From Micromonas sp. (lineage: Eukaryota), in NCBI GenBank assembly GCA_000090985.2, contig CP001330.1, forward strand, positions 974,335-1,006,334: a stretch of 32,000 nucleotides of DNA, in the 5' to 3' direction. Shown piece by piece: positions 21,835 to 29,583 of this stretch. Both the position numbers and the translations under genes were made by a program. Under the pieces are notes generated by a model. That model saw only the letters and a list, made by a program, of their open reading frames with translations. It did no database searches and was not told the DNA's origin. Positions within the stretch are counted from its first letter, which is position 1, and each line of letters starts with the position of its first letter.

Positions 21835-24800
21835 ATGAGCGGCGCGCTCCAGGCGGCGGCGGGGCCATCGTCCGATCGCGCGTCCGTCTTCGCCATGGGC
21901 ACCCTCATGGGCGTCGCCGTCGCGGGCGCCGGCGCGCTCGCTCTCTCCTACTACGCCCGCGCGGAACGCGAGAGATTCGCCGCCGACGCGCGCGAGCGCT
22001 ACGCGCGCGCGTCCCACCGCCGCCACTCCTCCGAGGGCGTCAAGGACGCGTCGCGAGATCGCGCGGGCCGGTATCGACGGTCCGCGGGGATGATCGCCTC
22101 CGCGCACGTCGCGAACATGGCGCGGCAAACCTCCGTGGATGCCCTCGATTCCGACGTAGACGCGCACGAGGTCACGAACGCGCACATGGACGAGTACCAG
22201 ATGATGGCGGAGGAGGCCAACGACCTGATGCGAGCGTCCATCGGCTCGCTCGACGGCGAGCACGCGGCGGCGTTCGCCGACATGGGCGACGTGACCTCGT
22301 CTTCTAAGACGGACGGCGGCGGCGGCGGAGGAGGAGGAGGAGGAGGAGGAGGAGGATCGGGAGGAGGATCGGGAGGAGGCGTCGTCGCCTCGAGAAGGGT
22401 CGTCACCCTCAACCTCCCGGATACGGACGCGGAGACGGACGGCGGCGGCATCGGCAAACACCGCAAAAAGACGCACAGGCGGCACAGCGAAGACCCCAAC
22501 GCCAAGGGATCGCACGCGCACGACGGCAACCTGAGCCGATCGACTCCGAGCCAGCGCAACACGCGAGGGGCGCAGGGTGCCCACTGGGTGCCCAGGTCCC
22601 CGTCCACCGCCGCCGTCAAGGACGGCGTCATCGGAAAGTTGGAGCCCGGCGCGGAGTCGGAGTACACCGAGTTCACCGAAGACGAGTCCGGGAACGACGG
22701 CGATCACCTGATGACGACGCTGACGGTGGTGGACACGCCGCGAGGAGCGCAGGGCGGGGCGCGCGCGACCGAGTTTGACTTTGACGACGGCGGCGTGCGC
22801 GGCCTCTCCGCGTCCAGGCTGTCGCGGCAGGACCTCGCCGCGACCGTCTCCGAGATGGACGAGGAGGAGGGTTTGTCCCTCTCGAATCGGGGCGCGGCGA
22901 TTGCGGGGAGGGTGGGCGAGAAGGAGGAATCGGAGGCTGGGCCGACGCGGCCCAGGCGCTCGTTCACCCGCGCGCTCTCGTTCGGCGACGTCGACGACGA
23001 TGCGGTCGGCGGCGCGGTCGGCGGCGGATCGAACGCCGAGTCGCCCGCGCCGGGAATCGAACCTCCGACCTCCCCCTCCGAGGACGCCGCTCTCGCCGAC
23101 CCCGACACCGCGTTCGGAAAGGGTTCGGGATTATTAACCGGCGCGACGTCGTCCCGGGGCGAGACGCCGTCGTGGGGAATACCCTCGAAGAAGACGTCGT
23201 TCGGGGGCGAAGCTGGCGTTTTCGCGGCTGGGACGCCCGGGACGCCGGACGCCGACTCGAGGGTCATAGACGCCAGCGCGGTTCCGTCGGACGCGAGGGG
23301 CGCTTTCAAAAACGGCCCAAAAACGGCTTCGCGCGACTTCCGGGCCAACGACGAGGAGGTTGGGGTGAACGTGTCCAAGCCGCTCACGCCGAGGCCGTCG
23401 CTGGACGTCCGGGTGGCGCCCCGATCGATCGACGGGGGAAGTCGAGGGCTGGCGGGCAATTCGGCTCATTCGAATCATTCGACTCACGTCCACGCGCGCA
23501 CGGGCGCGGGCGCGGGCACGACGGATACCTCCGCCGAGTACACCTACGGCAGGGTCCTAGCTCCCGAGGAGGAGCTCTCGAGCGAGTGCGAGGAGGTGTG
23601 CCTGATGCTCCGGCACTGCACGCGGCTGCGCGAGCGGTACCTCTTCGTGTCCGAGCTGGAAAAACGTCCGGAGCACGCTCGGGTGGACCCGGACCATTCC
23701 CCGCACTACCCGCACATCTCCGGCGTCGGGTTCGCGCCGAACCCCAGCGCGCCGAGCTCGCCTCGAGCCCCGCCGCGGGAGCTCAGCTTCAACGACTCGG
23801 TAAATAACACGCACAAGAGGGAGGGAGGGGACGAGAAGGGTTCAGGCGGTGAGTCACCGGGCGAAGCGAGCCGCGCTCCCCGGGGAAGCGCCGTGGTCAC
23901 CGGTAAGGTGGACATCGTCCCCGACGACGAGCTCCCCGGTCCGTCCAACCACGTCTTCGAGATGATCGCCGGCGTGATGCACGTGTACGAGGAAAAGACG
24001 GCGGGCGGCGGCGTTCGTGGAACGCGGCGGGGCGTCGCGGGCGGCGGCGGGGGCGTTCGGTCCAAAGGGTCCGACCGATCGACGAATGGCGGCGGCGGCG
24101 GGGGCGACGTCAGCAGCGGCGCCGACGACGAGGGTTCCGACGGCGACGGCACCCGGACGCTGCTCTTCGCGCCGCCCGCGACGGCGACGGAGTTTTTCCA
24201 CGACATGCACGCCATCCTGCGCGTGCACTCCTACGGCCCAAGCAAGTCGTTCTGCCACAAGAGGCTCAACCTCACGGAGCAGAAATTTTCGCTGCACGTC
24301 ATGCTCAACGCGGACAGGGAGTTTATGGCGCAGAAGGAGGCGCCGCACCGCGATTTCTACAACGTTCGTAAGGTGGACACCCACGTGCACCACAGCGCGT
24401 GCATGAACCAGAAGCACCTGCTGCGTTTCATCAAGGCGAAGCTGAAGCGCGAGCCGCACGAGCAGGTCATCTATCGCGACGGCAAATTTCTCAACCTTCG
24501 CGAGGTTTTCGAGTCTATCAACCTGAGCTCCTACGACCTCAACGTCGACACGCTGGACATGCACGCGGACAAGAACACGTTCCACAGGTTCGACAGGTTT
24601 AACCTCAAGTACAACCCGTGCGGACAGTCCCGGCTCCGCGAGGTTTTCATCAAGCAGGATAACCTGATCCGAGGGCGGTTCCTGGCCGAGGTGACGAAGG
24701 AGGTCATCTCCGATCTCGAGGCGGCGAAGTATCAGATGGCCGAGTACCGCATATCCATCTACGGCCGCCGCGCCGCGGAGTGGGACACGCTCGCGTCGTG

Positions 24801-25743
24801 GGTCCTCAACAACCGGATCTTCAGCAACAACGTCGTCTGGCTCATCCAGCTCCCGCGCCTGTACAACATCTACCGCGGCCAAGGCACGGTGCAGAACTTT
24901 CAGCAGATGCTCGACAACATCTTCCAGCCCCTCTTCGAGGTCACCGTCGACCCGTCGTCGCACCCGGCGTTGCACCACTTTTTGCAGCTCGTCGTGGGCT
25001 TCGACATGGTGGACGACGAGTCAAAACCCGAGCGAAGGCCGTCTAAGCACATGCGAACGCCGGAGGAATGGGACGTGCCCCACAACCCAGCCTTTGCGTA
25101 TTACGCCTATTACGTCTACGCGAATTTGTACACCCTGAACAAGCTTCGGGAGAGCAAGGGGCTGAACACCATATCGTTCCGGCCGCACGCGGGGGAGGCT
25201 GGCGACATCGACCACCTCGCCGCGGCGTTTTTGCTCACCAAGAACATCGCGCACGGCATCAACCTGCGAAAATCGCCGGTGCTGCAGTACCTCTACTACC
25301 TGGAGCAAATCGGCCTGAACATGTCGCCGCTGTCGAACAACTCGCTCTTCCTCGACTACCACCGCAACCCCTTCCCGGTGTACTTTGCGCGAGGGCTGCG
25401 GGTCACGCTGAGCACCGACGACCCCCTGCAGATTCACATGACGAAAGAACCGCTCGTGGAGGAGTACTCGGTGGCGGCGAGCGTGTGGAAGCTCAGCGCC
25501 GCGGACCTGTGCGAGATTGCGAGAAACTCGGTGCTCAACTCTGACTTTCCCCACGAGGACAAGCAGCACTGGGTCAGCGACACGTACTGGCTCCCGGGGC
25601 CCTCGGGGAACGACATGAAGAAGACGAACGTTCCGAACATCAGGGTGCAGTTTCGCAACGACGTCCTCGCCGCGGAGAGGGCGCTCGTCGCCGCGGGGGT
25701 GGCGCAGGCCACCGCGAAGGGACGCGCGCTCCACGTGTCTTAA
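21835..25743 (+). CDS. AMPD: AMP deaminase (plant FAC1-like, with N-terminal TM helix)
   Basis: Single 1302-aa ORF. The catalytic core has SLHVMLNADREFMAQKEAPHRDFYNVRKVDTHVHHSACMNQKHLLRFIK, the Zn ligands in FRPHAGEAGDIDHL, LSTDDPLQIHMTKEPLVEEYSVAASVWKLSAADLCEIARNSV, and MSPLSNNSLFLDYHRNPFP. The N-terminus has a hydrophobic helix (FAMGTLMGVAVAGAGALALSYY) followed by about 650 aa of low-complexity sequence. Confidence 0.92.
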   Translation: MSGALQAAAGPSSDRASVFAMGTLMGVAVAGAGALALSYYARAERERFAADARERYARASHRRHSSEGVKDASRDRAGRYRRSAGMIASAHVANMARQTSVDALDSDVDAHEVTNAHMDEYQMMAEEANDLMRASIGSLDGEHAAAFADMGDVTSSSKTDGGGGGGGGGGGGGGSGGGSGGGVVASRRVVTLNLPDTDAETDGGGIGKHRKKTHRRHSEDPNAKGSHAHDGNLSRSTPSQRNTRGAQGAHWVPRSPSTAAVKDGVIGKLEPGAESEYTEFTEDESGNDGDHLMTTLTVVDTPRGAQGGARATEFDFDDGGVRGLSASRLSRQDLAATVSEMDEEEGLSLSNRGAAIAGRVGEKEESEAGPTRPRRSFTRALSFGDVDDDAVGGAVGGGSNAESPAPGIEPPTSPSEDAALADPDTAFGKGSGLLTGATSSRGETPSWGIPSKKTSFGGEAGVFAAGTPGTPDADSRVIDASAVPSDARGAFKNGPKTASRDFRANDEEVGVNVSKPLTPRPSLDVRVAPRSIDGGSRGLAGNSAHSNHSTHVHARTGAGAGTTDTSAEYTYGRVLAPEEELSSECEEVCLMLRHCTRLRERYLFVSELEKRPEHARVDPDHSPHYPHISGVGFAPNPSAPSSPRAPPRELSFNDSVNNTHKREGGDEKGSGGESPGEASRAPRGSAVVTGKVDIVPDDELPGPSNHVFEMIAGVMHVYEEKTAGGGVRGTRRGVAGGGGGVRSKGSDRSTNGGGGGGDVSSGADDEGSDGDGTRTLLFAPPATATEFFHDMHAILRVHSYGPSKSFCHKRLNLTEQKFSLHVMLNADREFMAQKEAPHRDFYNVRKVDTHVHHSACMNQKHLLRFIKAKLKREPHEQVIYRDGKFLNLREVFESINLSSYDLNVDTLDMHADKNTFHRFDRFNLKYNPCGQSRLREVFIKQDNLIRGRFLAEVTKEVISDLEAAKYQMAEYRISIYGRRAAEWDTLASWVLNNRIFSNNVVWLIQLPRLYNIYRGQGTVQNFQQMLDNIFQPLFEVTVDPSSHPALHHFLQLVVGFDMVDDESKPERRPSKHMRTPEEWDVPHNPAFAYYAYYVYANLYTLNKLRESKGLNTISFRPHAGEAGDIDHLAAAFLLTKNIAHGINLRKSPVLQYLYYLEQIGLNMSPLSNNSLFLDYHRNPFPVYFARGLRVTLSTDDPLQIHMTKEPLVEEYSVAASVWKLSAADLCEIARNSVLNSDFPHEDKQHWVSDTYWLPGPSGNDMKKTNVPNIRVQFRNDVLAAERALVAAGVAQATAKGRALHVS
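22315..22380 (+). repeat. (GGC)4(GGA)10 microsatellite plus TCGGGAGGAGGA x2
   Basis: Read directly from the sequence. It encodes G14SGGGSGGG in the AMPD N-terminal region. Confidence 0.9.
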
Positions 25744-25818
25744 CTTTAACTAAATACATCAGTCTCGACTCGGCCGTAAATATAGTCTATCAGTCGTTTC
25801 ATCCCTCGCGTACGTAGT

Positions 25819-25823
25819 TTACA
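25819..25823 (-). promoter_or_regulatory. Possible UGUAA poly(A) signal for the 25885..28284 gene
   Basis: TGTAA on the minus strand lies 62 nt after the TAG at 25885, in the AT-richer 141-bp convergent spacer. Confidence 0.3.
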
Positions 25824-25884
25824 CATTCCAAAACGGTTCATCGCTACCTTCGTACAAGTAAACCAACTCCCCCGGGCGCACCGC

Positions 25885-28284
25885 CTACCCCTGGAGGTGT
25901 CGACTCGTCGGCTCCGCGGACGCCGGCGAGCTCGACGCCGGCACGTACCCCAGCTCGGCGATTCTCCGCAGCTCCGGCGACGGCCACGCGTTTCGCTCGT
26001 GGTACTCCGCCCAAGCCGCCGCCGCCGCCGCGTTCTTGGCGCTCATCGTGCACGCGTCCATGCCCTCGACGTCGACCCATCGCTCGCGCACGGGGGGCGA
26101 AGAAGCGTCGACGGATTCCGCCGGTTCAGTCGTCGTCGGCTTCGTCGGCGGTTGAGTTTTCCGTCCCATGGGGTTGTTCACCAGAAGCTTCTCCGCGGAC
26201 GACCTCGGGGTGATGGCGGACGTCACGAGGCCGTCGAAGGCAGTGCCGAGCTGGAGCTGCGACGCCTGCGTCCGCGCCGCCTTTTTGGAGCTCTCCTTGG
26301 CCGTCTTGGCCATCGCGGACGGCAGGTATTCGTCACCCGCGAACCGAACCGTGGAACCAAACCCAAATCCACGCCCAGGGCTCAGGGTTTTGGTTGAGGG
26401 TTGAGGGTTTAACGGCGGCGCGGTGGTCGGCCTCCTCGCGGACGCCGGCCTGAACACCGTCCCTCCACCGCCGCCTCGTCCGCCGACGCCGGATGCGGAC
26501 ACCCCACGGCCGCCGGGGGATACTTTTTTTCGCCTCGAACCGACGACTCGGGAGGGCGCCGGCTTTCTCGGTGGCTCGTCCCCCTCGAGCGCGTAAGCGA
26601 TCGAGGCGACGCCCGCCAGCTGCGCCGGGTGCTCCACCCTCTCCGCGGCGGGCATGGCGTACACCGCCTCGACGTCCGTGTCCGGGGACAGCGCGCACGC
26701 CATGCGGATCCGCCGGCTCAGCTGCGAGAGCGACATGTTCTCGAGGCCGCGGGTTGGCAGTCGCATCGCGCGACGAGCACCGATGGACTCGGCACCCCCC
26801 TCGGCACCCCCCTCGCCGACGCGAACGACCGACACCTCGAACGATTGCGACCACTCCGCCTTGGGCGCGGCGAGGGACGCGGCCCTCGCGCGGCGCATCG
26901 CGCGCGATTCCCCCGCGTCGCCGCCGCCGCCCGCCGCGGAATCAGGCACCGGTTCCTTAGCCGTGCGATAGAGCAACACGTCGCCGTTCTTCAACCCCTC
27001 GACGCCCTCCAGGTGCGTCCCGTCCCCGGCGTAGAGCCCCAGCAGCGGCGTGACGATCCTCTCGGCGCGATAAAGCGCGTCCTCGCACCGCCGCAGGGCC
27101 TCGACGCGCGTGCTGCACGACGCGGGAAGGGTCACCTCCGTCCACGGCCGAGCCGCCGCGCTTGTGCCTTCGTCGTCGTCGTCCGCCCCGAGGCGACCCT
27201 CGAGCGCCCTCCGGCGGAGCGACGTCGGGATGAGGTTGACGACGACGCGCGAGGAACGCGCGGACGGCGCGGCGAGCCGCGCGAGGCTATCCCTGCGCAT
27301 CTCTCGCGCGCGGGGAGCTCCGCAGGCTTTGGCTCCATCGTCGGCTCGGTCGTCGCCGGCTGTGGCGCCGCCGCCGATCGAGTCGTCGACCGTCGACGCC
27401 CCTCCGTCCCCTCGTCCGCGTCGGCGGCGTCCGTCGGCGGCGGAGTAGACGACGCACACTTCGCCGTCGACGAAATCCGCGTCGGAGCGTCTCGCGACGC
27501 CGTCCGCCGCGGCCACCACCTCGATCACGTGCGTGGCCAAGCCGAGCTTTTCTTGGATCGCCGGGAGGAGCTCTTCGAAGGCTCCCTCGCCCGCGGCCGC
27601 GGCGTCGACGCCGCCGACGCCGCCGCCCTCTCGCACGCGTCGCTGGAATTGGAACGACACGGGCTTGGCTCGCGCGGGTCCGACGGGCGGCCTCCCCGCG
27701 GCGCTCGTCGCGACGTCGTCGAAGAAGACGTCTTCGTCGTCGTCGTCGTCGTTGTTGACTCGGCCGTTTTCGTCGGGGTCGGCCGGGACCGCCGCGCGCG
27801 GCGGCCTGCGGGCGGGGCGGACGAGGTGGATCGTGACCGTCTCGCGCGCCGCGGCGACGAGCCGCGCGGCGGCGGGGCTGTCCATGTCCAGGGGCGCGGA
27901 GGTGGGGCGAACTCGCGCGGCGGGCGTGGTCGCGGCGGATCCTCCTCCGCCGGATCCCCCTCCGTCGCGGGAGTTTGTTCGCGCCCCTCTCGAGCTCGAT
28001 CCCCGGGCGACGGACCCCCCCGGAGCCTTCTCCGCGGCGGCGACGCTCTCCGCGAGCGCCGAAGCGACCGCGGCGTCGATGCTCCTGGCGCACATCGCCA
28101 GCGCGCGCGCGATCGCCCGAGCCTCCGCGGCGGTCGACGCGAACGAACCCGCGCCGAGCGCGGAGCGGCACTCGCCGATGCTCCGCTTCAGGGTCCACAC
28201 CGCTCGGTCGCAGTCGGCGACGGCGTGGAGAGCCTCGTCGAGCTGCGCCATCGCCGCGCGGTTGATGCGCTTATTCGTCGCCAT
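25885..28284 (-). CDS. Hypothetical 799-aa protein with three repeated modules (possibly ubiquitin-like/doublecortin-like)
   Basis: ORF 25885..28299 (-). The first codon in the track is GTG, so I use the first true ATG at 28284 (gccATGGCG context, MATNKRIN..). There are three similar modules. Each has a hydrophobic strand (VTIHLVRP / VVVNLIPTS / FEVSVVRVG). About 60-90 aa later each has an L..+Y...G..+......G..... segment (HVIEVVAAADGVARRSDADFVDGEVCVVY / LLGLYAGDGTHLEGVEGLKNGDVLLY / VEAVYAMPAAERVEHPAQLAGVASIAY). No family was recognised with confidence. Confidence 0.55.
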   Translation of the reverse strand: MATNKRINRAAMAQLDEALHAVADCDRAVWTLKRSIGECRSALGAGSFASTAAEARAIARALAMCARSIDAAVASALAESVAAAEKAPGGSVARGSSSRGARTNSRDGGGSGGGGSAATTPAARVRPTSAPLDMDSPAAARLVAAARETVTIHLVRPARRPPRAAVPADPDENGRVNNDDDDDEDVFFDDVATSAAGRPPVGPARAKPVSFQFQRRVREGGGVGGVDAAAAGEGAFEELLPAIQEKLGLATHVIEVVAAADGVARRSDADFVDGEVCVVYSAADGRRRRGRGDGGASTVDDSIGGGATAGDDRADDGAKACGAPRAREMRRDSLARLAAPSARSSRVVVNLIPTSLRRRALEGRLGADDDDEGTSAAARPWTEVTLPASCSTRVEALRRCEDALYRAERIVTPLLGLYAGDGTHLEGVEGLKNGDVLLYRTAKEPVPDSAAGGGGDAGESRAMRRARAASLAAPKAEWSQSFEVSVVRVGEGGAEGGAESIGARRAMRLPTRGLENMSLSQLSRRIRMACALSPDTDVEAVYAMPAAERVEHPAQLAGVASIAYALEGDEPPRKPAPSRVVGSRRKKVSPGGRGVSASGVGGRGGGGGTVFRPASARRPTTAPPLNPQPSTKTLSPGRGFGFGSTVRFAGDEYLPSAMAKTAKESSKKAARTQASQLQLGTAFDGLVTSAITPRSSAEKLLVNNPMGRKTQPPTKPTTTEPAESVDASSPPVRERWVDVEGMDACTMSAKNAAAAAAWAEYHERNAWPSPELRRIAELGYVPASSSPASAEPTSRHLQG

Positions 28285-28404
28285 GGCGGATGCGCTCACG
28301 CCTCCGCGCGCGCGCGGTGTGTCCCACCCTCGCGCGCGCCCCTCGCCAATTCAAATAAAGATTTCGCCCGCCCCGATCGCCTCAGCTCGAGCGTGGTTTC
28401 GGCG
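28285..28404. promoter_or_regulatory. Short divergent promoter between the orphan gene and the HAD gene
   Basis: This is the 120-bp spacer between ATG 28284 (-) and the first in-frame ATG of the HAD gene at 28405 (+). The spacer is 264 bp if the HAD protein starts at 28549. Confidence 0.35.
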
Positions 28405-29400
28405 ATGCGAGCCGGCACTGCGGTGGGGCGCGTGTGCATGCTGTCGGGAACGCTTCCCCGTCCGACGCCTCACCTCGCACCTCCCCGCGCGCATCTTCGC
28501 GGCGACACCAGATCGACGCGTGCCGCCGGCGCTCGCTCACCGACGACGATGGTGCGCCCGCGCGACCCGCCGCTCCGCGCCCCAACCCCACCCGCGAACG
28601 CTTTTTCCCAACCCCCCCCCGGGCGCTGACGATACCCGATCGACTACTCGACGCAGGCGCCGGGCAAGACGCTCATCACCTTCGACGTCGACGGCACCCT
28701 GATCAAGGCGGTCGGGGCGCACGCCAACAAGTTCCACAAGGACGCGTTCGCGCACGCGTTCAAGATCGTCCACGGCCTTCACACCAACATCGACGTCATC
28801 GCGCACCACGGCTCCACCGACCAGCTCGTCATCGAATCCGTCCTCAAGCATCACGGGCTCGAACACGACGTCATCTGGGCCAAGATGCCCGAGTGCTGCG
28901 ACGCGATGCTGGCGTACGCGTACCAAGCCGCCGCCGCCGGCTTCGCCGCCACCGGGCTGGAGCTCCTCCCGGGCGTGAAGGAACTCCTCTCGCGGCTCGC
29001 GGAGAGGGACGACGTCATCGTCGCGCTCGTCACCGGCAACCTGGAGCGCATCGCGTGGATCAAGATGAAAGCCCTCGGAATCGAGGGTTCGTTCACCAAA
29101 CCCGGCGTAGGCGGGTTCGGCAGCGACGACACGAATCGCGGCGCGCTGGTGCGAATCGCGAGGAAGAGGTGCGCGGAGAAGCTCGGGTGCGAGGTGCGCA
29201 CAGCTGTGCACGTCGGCGATACACCAAACGACGTGAGCGCCGCGGAGTTCGGCGGCGCCAAAGCCATCGCGGTGACCACCGGCGTGTTCGACGCGGCATC
29301 GTTGTTAAACGCGGCGGGAGATAATAAGGCGAACGTGACGGTGATGGACGGGTTGACGGACGTGGACGCGGTGCTTCGGGCGTGCGGGCTGGAGCCGTGA
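28405..29400 (+). CDS. HAD-superfamily phosphatase (phosphoglycolate-phosphatase-like subfamily IA)
   Basis: Model is join(28405..28551,28657..29400). Exon 2 begins APGKTLITFDVDGTLIKA (HAD motif I, DxDGT). Later motifs are LVTGN (motif II region) and VHVGDTPNDVSAAEFGGAKAIAVTTG (motifs III/IV, GDxxxD). Frame 1 is open upstream of 28657 but has no ATG before the motif, so a splice is required. The 49-codon exon 1 (MRAGTAVGRV...ARSPTTM) is Arg/Thr/Pro-rich like a transit peptide. Its GC3 is only about 71% versus about 94% in exon 2, so the real start may be the ATG at 28549 that abuts the donor. Confidence 0.8.
28552..28656 (+). other. Intron of the HAD gene (105 nt)
   Basis: Donor is ACGATG|GTGCGCCCG at 28552. 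Branch-like GCGCTGACG lies about 30 nt upstream of the acceptor CTCGACGCAG| (AG at 28655-28656). It is phase 0. Confidence 0.7.
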
Positions 29401-29583
29401 GTGGGGGCGTAGTCTGTTTGAATCGCATCTGTTTTTTTAGGTGGACTATCTTCTCCGACGGGTTCGTCTCTGACTGTATTCATTCGTCCGTCTCTCTACA
29501 CGAGTGCGGTACGACGACGACCGCGCGCGTGCGTCTGTCTCCCTGACTCCCTCGCCGCGGAAGTGCGGGGTTTCCTCGTCGTC

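Noticed and set aside
26629-28702. ORFs 26629..28629 + (666 aa) and 27533..28702 + (389 aa), opposite the orphan gene, as alternative gene models
   Set aside because: Both are Arg/Gly/Pro-rich with no structure. The minus-strand frame has the better codon bias, a good ATG context and the internal repeat architecture. Only the last part of frame +1 (28405..28551) is used, as the possible HAD exon 1.
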